64,000 nucleotides of DNA from Alphaproteobacteria bacterium (lineage in GTDB: Bacteria; Pseudomonadota; Alphaproteobacteria; RF32; CAG-239). The DNA is taken from NCBI GenBank assembly GCA_045537965.1, contig JAZSQL010000014.1:4256-68255 (forward strand). The letters are read 5' to 3'. Both the position numbers and the translations under genes were made by a program. Under the pieces are notes generated by a model. The model saw only the letters and a list, made by a program, of their open reading frames with translations. It was not told the DNA's origin and made no database searches. Positions 45,370 to 55,042 of the stretch are shown piece after piece (position 1 is the first letter of the stretch; every line of letters starts with the position of its first letter).

Positions 45370-46286
45370 TTCAATATAGCTCCAAATTCTTTTTTAATTA
45401 TTTTATGAATAAGATTGCCTACATGACCAAATTCTGGCACTACTGCTAATTTTGAATTAGGCAATGCTTTTTTGATATCATAAGCTCCTTTAAATGGACA
45501 AATCAAATCAAGTCGATTATGTACCATTATAACCTCAATATTTTTTATTTTATCAATACTGTCTAATATCTCGTTGTTTCCTAAAAATAAATTGTTTGCC
45601 GAATAATGCATATATATACGATGCGACGCTAATTCTTCATCTGAAATGCAATCAAACTCTGAAAATTTTGGTTCCATACTACCGCAAATACGCTCGTACC
45701 ACCCTAATCTATTTACTGCTTTGAGCTGATTATTTATGTTGTTAGATTGGATTAACTTGTTGTAATAAGTGTTTATTTTTCCATTAGATTCTTTTTTTAA
45801 TTCATCTACAAATTCAGGATATATGTATTTTGCCCCATCGAATTCCCAATCAAGAAATTCTTTATTAGCTAGAAATATTTGTGAAAGCAAAAGTTTGCTT
45901 ACTTTTTGAGGATTTTGTTCAGCCCATAAAAGAGCTAAGGTAGATCCCCAAGATGCTCCTCTAATAATAATTTTTTGTTTTATTTTTAAGTATTCTAACA
46001 ATCTTGAAGCATCGTCTAATAGGTCTTGAGTTGTATTATTTTGAGTTGTGCCAAGAGGAAGTGAACGACCACATCCACGTTGATCAAACATTATTACACG
46101 ATATTTACGTAAATTCGCAAAACGAGCTCTCTCAGGTTTAAAGCGCCCTCCTGGTCCACCATTAAAGACTAATATAGGTATACCTTTGGGATTGCCAAAT
46201 TCAGCAAAAGCGACTAGATGTCCGTCTTTTTCAGGTAAAAAGCCGCTATTAAAAGCCTTAGGAATGAACCACTTATGCCAAAACAT
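45366..46286 (-). CDS. pip: Alpha/beta hydrolase, proline iminopeptidase-like
   Basis: NGGPGG oxyanion motif, DQRGCGRS, nucleophile elbow GASWGSTLAL, C-terminal GH. Confidence 0.7.
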   Translation of the reverse strand: MFWHKWFIPKAFNSGFLPEKDGHLVAFAEFGNPKGIPILVFNGGPGGRFKPERARFANLRKYRVIMFDQRGCGRSLPLGTTQNNTTQDLLDDASRLLEYLKIKQKIIIRGASWGSTLALLWAEQNPQKVSKLLLSQIFLANKEFLDWEFDGAKYIYPEFVDELKKESNGKINTYYNKLIQSNNINNQLKAVNRLGWYERICGSMEPKFSEFDCISDEELASHRIYMHYSANNLFLGNNEILDSIDKIKNIEVIMVHNRLDLICPFKGAYDIKKALPNSKLAVVPEFGHVGNLIHKIIKKEFGAILK

Positions 46287-46819
46287 TATTTATTTCCTCT
46301 TGGTTTGCAACCACAATATTCTTGATTGTACAGGTTAAGCTCTTTTATTAACTGGTAGCGCAGTTCTTGAAGTCCACCTTTACGTCCTTCTATTTCAAGG
46401 TATGGCATCCCTGCTCTTTGCGCTTCTGAGTAAGCAACCTCATTTACTTGACTTAGATCTTTGTAGCGTGATACACCTAATACACTAGCTACTGCATCAA
46501 ATCCATGTTCTTTAGCATATTCAAAGGTCTTGCGTAGACGCATTGCAAAACAAATTGAACAACGTTTTCCCCTTTCTGGAAGATTCTCAAGACCTTCAGT
46601 AAGCTTATACCACAATTTATTGTCATATTCAAGCTCTATAAATTCTACATTATATTTTTGGCACAATTTTTTATTTTCATCACATCTTTTACGATATTCT
46701 TCATAAGGAACTATATTAGGATTATAAAATAAAACGGCAAAATCTTCATCTGCCTCAGACAAAGTCTTAATAACCGCACAAGAACATGGCGCACAACAAG
46801 ATAACAACAAAAAGCGCAT
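46286..46819 (-). CDS. queH: Epoxyqueuosine reductase QueH (DUF208)
   Basis: MRFLLLSCCAPCSCAVI, KRCSICFAMRL, EYCGC. The start is moved to the ATG at 46819, which has an AAAGGAA RBS. Confidence 0.8.
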   Translation of the reverse strand: MRFLLLSCCAPCSCAVIKTLSEADEDFAVLFYNPNIVPYEEYRKRCDENKKLCQKYNVEFIELEYDNKLWYKLTEGLENLPERGKRCSICFAMRLRKTFEYAKEHGFDAVASVLGVSRYKDLSQVNEVAYSEAQRAGMPYLEIEGRKGGLQELRYQLIKELNLYNQEYCGCKPRGNK

Positions 46820-46893
46820 TTTGCTTGATTCCTTTTTGATTGTCATTATAAATAATAGAAAAATATGGGCAAATTATATTTGAAAGTTATCAG

Positions 46894-47610
46894 ATGAATA
46901 TCTATAAAAACATAGTTATTTTAACGGGTGCAGGCATATCAGCAGAATCTGGCTTAGCAACATTTAGATCATCTAATGGTTTGTGGAATAATCATAAGGT
47001 TGAAGATGTTGCAACAGTAGAAGGATTCGCTAAAAATCCTGCTTATGTGCATGATTTTTATAATGAATTAAAACTAGAGCTAGCAAAAGCCAAACCTAAT
47101 AATGCCCATTTAGCAATTACAAAATTGCAAAAAGAATATCCTGCTAATATTAGTGTGGTTACTCAAAATGTTGATACATTACATGAAAAGGCTAAAAATA
47201 AGAATATTTTTCACATTCATGGACAGATAAATCAAGCTGTTTGTCTTAATTGCGGACATATATTAGAAACTTTTGACGATGTTGGTATATTTACGACTTG
47301 TAATAAATGTAATACTCAAGGAATGATGAAACCTAACATCGTATTTTTTGGTGAAAATTTGCTTTATATGGATGAAGTTGAAAAACTGCTTACCACATGT
47401 GATTTATTTTTATCTATTGGAACCTCTGGTGTTGTATTTCCTGCAGCTTCATTTGTTCAGACAGCAAAATATTATGGGGCTAAGACTTATGAATTTAACC
47501 TAGAAACCACATCAAATAATATCTATTTTGATAAGCATGTAACAGGACCTGCAGGAACTACTCTTCCTGCTTTTGTAGATGATATGATAAAGAGCTTAAA
47601 TAAAAACTAG
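46894..47610 (+). CDS. cobB: NAD-dependent protein deacylase, Sir2 family
   Basis: TGAGISAESGLATFRSSNGLW, QNVDTLHEKA, Zn ribbon CLNCGH...CNKC, GTSGVVFPAA. Confidence 0.85.
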   Translation: MNIYKNIVILTGAGISAESGLATFRSSNGLWNNHKVEDVATVEGFAKNPAYVHDFYNELKLELAKAKPNNAHLAITKLQKEYPANISVVTQNVDTLHEKAKNKNIFHIHGQINQAVCLNCGHILETFDDVGIFTTCNKCNTQGMMKPNIVFFGENLLYMDEVEKLLTTCDLFLSIGTSGVVFPAASFVQTAKYYGAKTYEFNLETTSNNIYFDKHVTGPAGTTLPAFVDDMIKSLNKN

Positions 47611-48815
47611 CGACGCTTGCCTGATATAAGGTGTTTAATAAGCATTTTAATCATTGATAAAAACCAAGATATAATGGTTTTTCTTTCACCAGATTTGAGT
47701 GAACACCAAAATTCTATAATGCAATTTTGTTTTATTTCTTCTTTATCCGCCTCTGTTTCTTGCTGAGGTATATTTAAATGTTTTGTTTTTGTACGATAAG
47801 GTAATAATATATCATTTATTTGTTTGTCTGTAACATAAGCGCCATGAACACGTTTTAATGTTCCATCACCAGCTAAAAACAATGCATCACCACGTCCAAT
47901 TAAATTTTCGGCACCTGTAGCATCTAAAATAGTTCTAGAATCAGCCCCTGATGCAACTTTATAAGATATTCTTGTTGGAAAATTAGCTTTTAGGACACCA
48001 GTAACAACATCTACGGAGGGACGCTGGGTTGCCATAATCAAATGAATGCCTGCTGCACGAGCTTTTTGAGCCAATCGTTGAACATAAGATGATATATTTT
48101 TATTGGTTGATATCAAATCGGCAAATTCATCTATAATACAAACTATATAAGGTATTTTTTCTGATGTATTACCGTTATATTCTTTGATGTTTTTAACAAG
48201 ATTTTCAGCAAATAGATTGTAGCGATATTCCATTTCTTTAACTAAGGATTCTAAAACAAAATCAGCATCTTTGGTTTCAGTAATAACGGGATATAGCATA
48301 AATTTTTGATTGTTGTATACTGTAAATTCTATCCTTTTAGGATCTATCATTACCAACTTTAATTCTTCAGGAGTTTTTTTGGCAATTAATGATAACACAA
48401 AAGTATTAAGTCCAACAGATTTTCCTGAACCTGTTGTTCCTGCAACTAATAAGTGAGGCATTTTGGCTAAATCGGCAAATTGTGGCGTTCCTGCAATATC
48501 AACACCTAAACAAATTGGTAACTCACCTTTAACATTAGCAAATTCTGAAGATGAAAGTATTGTTTGAAAATCTATTGTATCAAAAGTATCTTTAGGGTAT
48601 TCGAAACCAAGTTCTTTACTGTCATCAATTGTTTCTACACGAAGAGAAGAAACTCCTAATTCTCTAGCTATATCCTCTAAAGAATTAACAATATTCTTAA
48701 GTTTTGTACCAGATTGAGGCAAAAATCTGGCTCGATAAACTAGTGGTCCGATATCTATTCCTTGAAAACTTCCTTTAATATCATAATGAGATAGGATTTC
48801 TTCTAAATTATGCAT
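47607..48815 (-). CDS. FtsK/SpoIIIE-family DNA translocase, motor domain only
   Basis: Alpha/beta motor motifs (LPICLGVDIAG, HLLVAGTTGSGKSVGLN, IVCIIDEFADL, IHLIMATQRPSVDVVTG, RISYKVAS..DSRTILD..GAE.LIGRGD). No N-terminal TM region or linker, and no recognisable gamma wHTH. ATG at 48815 (MHNLEEIL) follows GAGAGG. Confidence 0.75.
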   Translation of the reverse strand: MHNLEEILSHYDIKGSFQGIDIGPLVYRARFLPQSGTKLKNIVNSLEDIARELGVSSLRVETIDDSKELGFEYPKDTFDTIDFQTILSSSEFANVKGELPICLGVDIAGTPQFADLAKMPHLLVAGTTGSGKSVGLNTFVLSLIAKKTPEELKLVMIDPKRIEFTVYNNQKFMLYPVITETKDADFVLESLVKEMEYRYNLFAENLVKNIKEYNGNTSEKIPYIVCIIDEFADLISTNKNISSYVQRLAQKARAAGIHLIMATQRPSVDVVTGVLKANFPTRISYKVASGADSRTILDATGAENLIGRGDALFLAGDGTLKRVHGAYVTDKQINDILLPYRTKTKHLNIPQQETEADKEEIKQNCIIEFWCSLKSGERKTIISWFLSMIKMLIKHLISGKRR

Positions 48816-48926
48816 ATAACCTCTCAGATAATTAATTGATATAATAAGCAAGCTTTTTGGCTTTACTTTAGAAATTTAAAGAATTAAATAGCTAAAGTCA
48901 AAGTAAAAAATAGTATGGTGAAATAA

Positions 48927-50318
48927 ATGATTAAAGATTTAACAAGAGGAACCCCTCTTAAGTTAATAGTTCAGTTTGCTTTTCCAATCCTAATAGGTAA
49001 TATTTTTCAGCAATTTTTTCAGATTTCAGATATTTTAATTGTAGGAAGGTTGCTTGGAGTTGAGGCTTTAGCTGCTGTTGGGGCCTCTGCTCCGATATTT
49101 TTTATGTTTTTGATGATTGCTTTTGGTTTTACAGCAGGTTTGACTATTATAACGGCGCAAAAATTTGGTGCTAGAAATGTTACTGGAATTAAATCTTCGG
49201 TATTTCACTCTACGTTAGCGGCTCTTATTTTAGGAACACTTGTAGCTATTTTATTAGTATTTTTCTTAAAACCAATTTTAAAATTGATGAACGTGCCAAG
49301 TGAAATTTTAGACCAATCATATATTTTTATGTTAATTTTAGGAATAGCAATAATACCTATTGTTTTTTATAATCTGCTTTCTGGATTTATAAGAGCTTTA
49401 GGTGATTCTAAAACCCCACTTTATTTTTTAATTTTTTCTTCTATTTTGAATATAATGCTTAATTTTGTGTTTATATATTATTTCAAATGGGGAGTTGCTG
49501 GTTCAGCCTGTGGAACTTTTGCTTCGGTTGTTGTTAGTGCAATAGCATGCATTTGGTTTATAAAAAAAAGAATTCCATTACTTCAACTAACGTTTAATGA
49601 TTGTAAATATAATCACCAATTTATGATGGAACATTTGCGGGTTGCGGTACCAATGGCTTTGCAATTTTCAATTTTAGCTCTTAGTATGATGATTGTGCAA
49701 AGTGTTTGTAATTCTTTTGGAACAGAAGTTATTGCTGGATTTACAGCAGCAATGCGAATTGAACAAATTTCAACCCAGCCATTATTTGCTTTTGGCATTG
49801 CTTTTGCCACATATGTAGCACAAAATTATGGTGCAGCTCTTATCAAAAGAATTAGACAAGGTGTTCGACAATGTTTGGTTGCTTGTTTATTTTTAAGCAT
49901 TGCTATATCATTAGCTGTAAGATTTTTTGGTACTAATTGGGTTTCTATATTTATTGATGGTAAAGAACCAAGAATTATTAGCATAGGACAGCAATATTTA
50001 ATGATAAGTAGTTATTTTTATTTCTTTTTATCGTGTATATTTATTGTTAGAAATGCTCTACAGGGAATGGGAAAAACCAAGTTTCCGCTGATATCTGGTT
50101 TTATTGAATTGATTATGAGATCTGTGGCTGTAATTTATTTGTCTCATAAGATTGGATATACTGGAGTTTTTTGGGCAGGACCTATAGCTTGGTTTGGAGG
50201 AGCTATTGTTGTCTTGATTGGATATTGGTGGGTTATAAAAAGATTAAAGCCTCGTGATATGAAAGAAATCTTCTTAAAAAAACAACAAATACAAGTTCAA
50301 GAATCAGCTATTAATTAA
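48927..50318 (+). CDS. MATE-family efflux transporter
   Basis: 463 aa, 12 hydrophobic segments. N-terminal PLKLIVQFAFPILIGNIFQQFFQISDILIVGRLLG is typical of MATE proteins. Confidence 0.85.
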   Translation: MIKDLTRGTPLKLIVQFAFPILIGNIFQQFFQISDILIVGRLLGVEALAAVGASAPIFFMFLMIAFGFTAGLTIITAQKFGARNVTGIKSSVFHSTLAALILGTLVAILLVFFLKPILKLMNVPSEILDQSYIFMLILGIAIIPIVFYNLLSGFIRALGDSKTPLYFLIFSSILNIMLNFVFIYYFKWGVAGSACGTFASVVVSAIACIWFIKKRIPLLQLTFNDCKYNHQFMMEHLRVAVPMALQFSILALSMMIVQSVCNSFGTEVIAGFTAAMRIEQISTQPLFAFGIAFATYVAQNYGAALIKRIRQGVRQCLVACLFLSIAISLAVRFFGTNWVSIFIDGKEPRIISIGQQYLMISSYFYFFLSCIFIVRNALQGMGKTKFPLISGFIELIMRSVAVIYLSHKIGYTGVFWAGPIAWFGGAIVVLIGYWWVIKRLKPRDMKEIFLKKQQIQVQESAIN

Positions 50319-50361
50319 AAAAACAACCTCTTTTCTATAAAAAAGAAAGAGGTTGTTTTTT
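50317..50361. terminator. Bidirectional terminator (MATE gene / OMP gene)
   Basis: ACAACCTCTTT / AAAGAGGTTGT 11-bp stem flanked by an A-run and a T-run. Confidence 0.8.
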
Positions 50362-50375
50362 ATAAATAACTTTTA

Positions 50376-50939
50376 TTAGAAAGTGTATCTTAAACCTGCA
50401 GTAACCTCAGCAGCATGATTTAGGCTTTTAGCACCAATGTATGAATAACGACCTACAACACGAGCTGAAATATGGTCATTGAAGTTATACATAGCGCCAC
50501 CACCAATACGATAACCTATACGGTTTGCGCTTTTACCACCTTCGCCATCTCCTTTGAAATAGTAGTTAGCAGCACCAATAGTTGCTAAAAGATCATATTT
50601 TCCTTCGCATCCTAAAGGTTGGTATCCATACAAATCAATACCATAAGCATCTACACGAGTTTTTAACTTCTCGCCTGCTGCCAGGTCTTTGGTACGTTTA
50701 CCACTCCACTGTCCGAACATTTCAACGCCTACTTTATCCATTCTAGTACCCATATTAAATACACCAGAATTGTAAGATTTTTTTGCTTCACCTAATGAAC
50801 CACTGAAATCATAAGAGGTAAAAGCATAATCAGCACCGATATAATATTTAGCATCTTTTACAGCATCTCTCCATCCAGCCAATGCACTAGTTGAACAAAG
50901 GACACATGCTACACCTGCAAGTAATAATGTTTTTTTCAT
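50376..50939 (-). CDS. Small outer-membrane beta-barrel protein (Omp25/OmpA-like barrel family)
   Basis: Signal peptide MKKTLLLAGVACVLCSTSALA, alternating amphipathic strands, C-terminal ...AGLRYTF. Confidence 0.75.
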   Translation of the reverse strand: MKKTLLLAGVACVLCSTSALAGWRDAVKDAKYYIGADYAFTSYDFSGSLGEAKKSYNSGVFNMGTRMDKVGVEMFGQWSGKRTKDLAAGEKLKTRVDAYGIDLYGYQPLGCEGKYDLLATIGAANYYFKGDGEGGKSANRIGYRIGGGAMYNFNDHISARVVGRYSYIGAKSLNHAAEVTAGLRYTF

Positions 50940-51110
50940 TGTATTTAAACTCCATTTATAAATAGGTTTATTTTTAATGATAGTCCTTTTAAAGTAAACC
51001 GCATTAATTTGAGACCGGTTTATGCAAATTAGATAATATGGATAAAAACAATTTAAAGGGGATTAAGTGTTTTTTTACGCAACTAATCTAATATAGAGAT
51101 AATTTATATT

Positions 51111-51785
51111 ATGAAAGGCTTTGAAAATATGATATTTTGTCCTCCTGAAAAAAATTGTAAAAATTGTCCTAGATTGGTCGATTTTAGGTGTGAGAATATA
51201 GAAAAATTTCCGTCATATTATAATGCTCCTGTTCCTTCTTTTGGTAATCTTAATGCTGAAGTATTAATAGTGGGCTTGGCTCCTGGACTTAATGGTGCAA
51301 ATCAAACAGGACGTCCCTTTACTAATGACTATGCTGGCGATATCTTATACCCTATTCTTAAATCTTGTGGTTTTGCAACAGGAAATTATGGTAAAATAGC
51401 AAATGATGGTTTTGAATTGAAAAATGTTAGAATTACTAATTCTGTTAGATGTGTACCCCCGCAAAATAAAGTAACTGGAGATGAAGTTAAAACCTGTGGT
51501 TGTTTTTTAATTAATGAAATTGCTAATATGCCTAATCTTAAAGTAATTCTTACTTTAGGTGGTGTTGCTCATAATGCTGTTTTAGGTGTGTTAGGATATA
51601 AAAAAACAGCTTTCAAGTTTGCCCATGGAGCACAACATTTATTATATAAACATAATATTATAATGTTAAATTCCTATCATACATCTAGGTATAATATTAA
51701 TACAGGTGTTTTGACCTATGATATGTTTGCAAATATTGTACAAAATTTGCAAAAAATACTATTGACAGAATCCCCTAAAAAATGA
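51111..51785 (+). CDS. Uracil-DNA glycosylase, family 5 (UdgB)-like
   Basis: GLAPGLNGANQTGRPFTNDYAGDILY (GLAP motif rather than family-4 GEAPG), SYHTSRYNINTG, N-terminal Cys cluster CKNCPRL. Confidence 0.7.
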   Translation: MKGFENMIFCPPEKNCKNCPRLVDFRCENIEKFPSYYNAPVPSFGNLNAEVLIVGLAPGLNGANQTGRPFTNDYAGDILYPILKSCGFATGNYGKIANDGFELKNVRITNSVRCVPPQNKVTGDEVKTCGCFLINEIANMPNLKVILTLGGVAHNAVLGVLGYKKTAFKFAHGAQHLLYKHNIIMLNSYHTSRYNINTGVLTYDMFANIVQNLQKILLTESPKK

Positions 51786-51842
51786 TATATAATTGAATTG
51801 TTAATAACCAATTATTATTAAATTAAATTAAATTAAAAAAAT

Positions 51843-52223
51843 ATGAAAAAGTTAACAACACAACCAGTCTATGCCTATGGTGCAGAGACTGTTTTGGAAA
51901 AAGATTTAAAAAAGACATTATTTCAAAACCGCTCTTACTGTATAAAAAGAGCTGTTGAAGCAGGATATTCTTTCATTATAGAATACCATCCAAATGGTAA
52001 TAAAACCTTAATTGGATGGAACATAGATTTGATGAGAAAAAAGGACATATTAGAAAGATATTGGAATAATGGAGACAAAATGTCATTGTTAAGAGCATAT
52101 CCAAGAACTAATTTATGGATAATTGCTCCGATAGAGGATCATCATCCTCTATTGATACCAATTGACAAAAAAGTCATCACATCATTCAAAAAAGTGATGT
52201 TGCATGATTTGTTAGAAGCATGA
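51843..52223 (+). CDS. Hypothetical protein (126 aa)
   Basis: ORF only; no motif recognised. Confidence 0.35.
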   Translation: MKKLTTQPVYAYGAETVLEKDLKKTLFQNRSYCIKRAVEAGYSFIIEYHPNGNKTLIGWNIDLMRKKDILERYWNNGDKMSLLRAYPRTNLWIIAPIEDHHPLLIPIDKKVITSFKKVMLHDLLEA

Positions 52224-52264
52224 AAAAAAGAACCTAAATTGTACCATAATGCAATTTAGGTTCT
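52223..52264. terminator. Terminator, mainly for the minus-strand rnf operon
   Basis: AGAACCTAAATTG / CAATTTAGGTTCT 13-bp stem. The A7 run at 52223-52229 gives a U-tail on the minus-strand transcript. Confidence 0.75.
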
Positions 52265-52285
52265 AAATCTTTTAAATATTTTTGC

Positions 52286-52861
52286 TTAATAAGATATTCC
52301 AGCAAATCCCATAAACGCCATCGAAAGTAACGCTGCTGTAATTAGTACAATAGGTGTTCCCCTTAATGCTTTAGGAATATCTGTACGTTCTAAACGTTCT
52401 CGAATACCTGCAAAAATTACAATTGCTAAAGTAAATCCCATTGCAGAAGCTAATGTATAGCAAACACCAGCTAGTAAAGTGTAATTCTTTTGAATTGTAA
52501 GAATTGCAATACCTAAAACAGCACAGTTAGTAGTAATAAGTGGAAGAAAAATTCCTAAAGACTGATACAAAACTGGAGAACTTTTTTTTATGATAATCTC
52601 AACCATTTGTACTAATGATGCTATTACTAAAATAAACGTAACAGTAGTCATAAATTTAAGGTTGTATGGCTGTAGGAATGTGTAGTAAATCAAAAAGGTT
52701 ACAATAGTTGCAAGAGTCATAACAAACATTACAGCTAGTCCCATTCCAATAGCTGTTGATAATTTTTTAGACACACCTAAGAAAGGACATATTCCTAAAA
52801 ATTGTGATAATATTATATTATTAACAAATATCGCTGTAATAAAAATCATTATATAGGCCAT
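52286..52861 (-). CDS. rnfA: Rnf complex subunit A
   Basis: 191-aa polytopic protein (NNIILSQFLGICPFLGVS, LPLITTNCAVLG). Confidence 0.9.
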   Translation of the reverse strand: MAYIMIFITAIFVNNIILSQFLGICPFLGVSKKLSTAIGMGLAVMFVMTLATIVTFLIYYTFLQPYNLKFMTTVTFILVIASLVQMVEIIIKKSSPVLYQSLGIFLPLITTNCAVLGIAILTIQKNYTLLAGVCYTLASAMGFTLAIVIFAGIRERLERTDIPKALRGTPIVLITAALLSMAFMGFAGISY

Positions 52862-52863
52862 GA

Positions 52864-53460
52864 TTATCTTACTCCTCTTAATTTGTTAACTGTAATAATA
52901 ATGCTAGCTAGAGCAAGAAAAGCTCCTGGAGGCATAATAAATAACAACATAGTATCAGCATTTTCAGCAACAAAAGACCAGCCAAATAGAGAACCATTAC
53001 CTAACATTTCTCTTACTGCCCCTAATATTGTAAGAGCCAATGTAAAACCAATTCCCATACCTATCGCATCTAATAAAGATTGAAATATTGAATTTTTTGA
53101 AGCAAAAGCCTCTGCTCTACCTAAAATTATGCAATTAACAACAATCAATGGAATGTAGATTCCTAAAGCAGAATATAAGGAAGGAACATAAGCTTGCATT
53201 AACATTTCTAAAACAGTTACAAATGATGCTATAATTACAATAAAGCTTGGTATTCTTACTATATCAGGGATTAAATTTTTTATTGCAGATATAGCCATAT
53301 TTGACATCATAAGAACAAACATCGTAGCTAATCCCATACCTACTCCATTAATAGCTGAAGTCGTCACACCCAATGTTGGGCACATTCCCAACAACATAAC
53401 AAAAATCGGGTTTTCTCTTATTATACCTCGAGTTAGGTTATTTATAGATTCTCTATTCAT
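52864..53460 (-). CDS. rnfE: Rnf complex subunit E
   Basis: NPIFVMLLGMCPTLGVTT, IPLIVVNCIILGRAEAFA. Start taken at the ATG at 53460 (MNRESI), just after the rnfG stop. Confidence 0.9.
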   Translation of the reverse strand: MNRESINNLTRGIIRENPIFVMLLGMCPTLGVTTSAINGVGMGLATMFVLMMSNMAISAIKNLIPDIVRIPSFIVIIASFVTVLEMLMQAYVPSLYSALGIYIPLIVVNCIILGRAEAFASKNSIFQSLLDAIGMGIGFTLALTILGAVREMLGNGSLFGWSFVAENADTMLLFIMPPGAFLALASIIITVNKLRGVR

Positions 53461-53461
53461 T

Positions 53462-54043
53462 TTATTTCCCCGAATTAAAATTATTAAATGCATCAAAAGC
53501 GCGTTCAATTGCCCTTAAGACAGCTCTGGAGCTTATAGTTGCGGCAGTTACAGCATCAACATCTCCGCCATCTTGTTTTACTTTCAATATTTGTCTTTGC
53601 GGATAAAAACCTTCTAGTTGTTCTTTAAATTTAGGCTCATCAATTTTACTTCCTAGTCCAGGAGTTTCGTTTGATGAGATTATTTTGAAGCTTTTTATAG
53701 AGCCATCAACATTAAAACCAATCATTAATTCAATGCGTCCACCAAATCCTGTATTGGTATAGCTCTTAATGGCGACAGAATTCAGGTGACCATTTTTACG
53801 AGCAGGATACATCGTTAATTTATGCTTTTTGCTTTTAGTAAAAATAGTCATTTTTTCAGCAAAGGGGTTATTATCAAATTCGCCTGTAACTTGTGCAATA
53901 GCTTGAAGTTCATTACCATCTTTAGCTTTTTTTATTGGTTCTAGAGTAATGTTATGAACATATCCCAAAATAAAAGCTGAGAAAGCCGCTATGACAACAA
54001 GTGTTATTACTGGAAAAAGAATATCTTTTATTTTATCGGACAT
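53462..54043 (-). CDS. rnfG: Rnf complex subunit G (FMN-binding)
   Basis: N-terminal TM helix, ETPGLGSKI, flavinylation-region DAVTAATISSRAV. Confidence 0.85.
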   Translation of the reverse strand: MSDKIKDILFPVITLVVIAAFSAFILGYVHNITLEPIKKAKDGNELQAIAQVTGEFDNNPFAEKMTIFTKSKKHKLTMYPARKNGHLNSVAIKSYTNTGFGGRIELMIGFNVDGSIKSFKIISSNETPGLGSKIDEPKFKEQLEGFYPQRQILKVKQDGGDVDAVTAATISSRAVLRAIERAFDAFNNFNSGK

Positions 54044-55035
54044 TATCTTTTCTCCCCATAATAACGCTGAACTGCAAATTTATCAATTAATGGCACAAGA
54101 GCATTCATAATTAAAATAGCAAATGAAACACCTTCTGGATAAGCACTAAAGGACCTTATAATAACAGTTAAAGCACCACAACCTATCGCAAAAATTATTT
54201 GACCTTTAATTGTCATAGGTGATGTTGTATAGTCTGTTGCCATAAAAATAGCACCTAACATCAAACCACCTGATAAAACGTGGGCTAAAGGTAAATATTT
54301 GATATCACCCGTAGTATAATATAAAATAGCAGTTAATGCTGCAACAGTTGCTATATAATAAAAAGGAATATGCCAACTAATAACTTTGCGCCAAAGCATA
54401 TATCCTAACCCTAACAACAAGGCAAACGCTGAAATCTCGCCTATACAACCACCAATATTACCGACAAACATATCAAAATAACTAGGAAGTTCGTTAATAG
54501 AGTATCTATCTGCGGCAACTAATTCTCCTTCAGGAGCAATACTTTTTAACATTCTTAATGTTGTAGCTCCTGTTTGTCCATCTGGACTAACTAGCTGTAG
54601 GAAATGAGGTGTTGGCCAAACAGTCATTTGAACAGGAAAAGATATAAATAAAAATACTCGCCCAACCAAAGCAGGGTTAAAAATATTTTTACCCAACCCG
54701 CCAAAACACATTTTGGCAACTATAATTGCCATAAAACAACCAACAAGTATCATCCAACTTGGCATACTTGACGGAAGGTTATAGGCCAGAAGTAGCCCAG
54801 TTATAACAGCAGAAAAATCATTTATTGAATTTTTGACCTTTAACCAATATCTACAAGCTAAAAATTCAAATAACACACACCCTAAAACCGATACAACAAT
54901 AACTCTTAATGCTTCTAGTCCAAAAAATATTATTGCGAACAAAGCTGCTGGAATTAATGCTATTACCACATCTAACATTATAGACTTAGTATTGCGACGA
55001 GTTTGAATATGAGGATTAGTAGATATTTTTAACAT
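54043..55035 (-). CDS. rnfD: Rnf complex subunit D
   Basis: NqrB/RnfD pattern (NPALVGRVFLFISFP, DGQTGATTL flavinylation motif). Start taken at the ATG at 55035 to remove a 146-nt overlap with rnfC. Confidence 0.9.
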   Translation of the reverse strand: MLKISTNPHIQTRRNTKSIMLDVVIALIPAALFAIIFFGLEALRVIVVSVLGCVLFEFLACRYWLKVKNSINDFSAVITGLLLAYNLPSSMPSWMILVGCFMAIIVAKMCFGGLGKNIFNPALVGRVFLFISFPVQMTVWPTPHFLQLVSPDGQTGATTLRMLKSIAPEGELVAADRYSINELPSYFDMFVGNIGGCIGEISAFALLLGLGYMLWRKVISWHIPFYYIATVAALTAILYYTTGDIKYLPLAHVLSGGLMLGAIFMATDYTTSPMTIKGQIIFAIGCGALTVIIRSFSAYPEGVSFAILIMNALVPLIDKFAVQRYYGEKR

Positions 55036-55042
55036 TGTTAGT

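Noticed and set aside
46894-48851. A Sir2-family gene next to an FtsK/HerA-superfamily ATPase, which superficially resembles a SIR2-HerA anti-phage system.
   Set aside because: The genes are convergent with overlapping stops, not an operon. The Sir2 protein has the canonical short CobB deacylase layout with a Zn ribbon. The ATPase matches the FtsK motor specifically (MATQRPSVDVVTG, RISYKVAS), not HerA.
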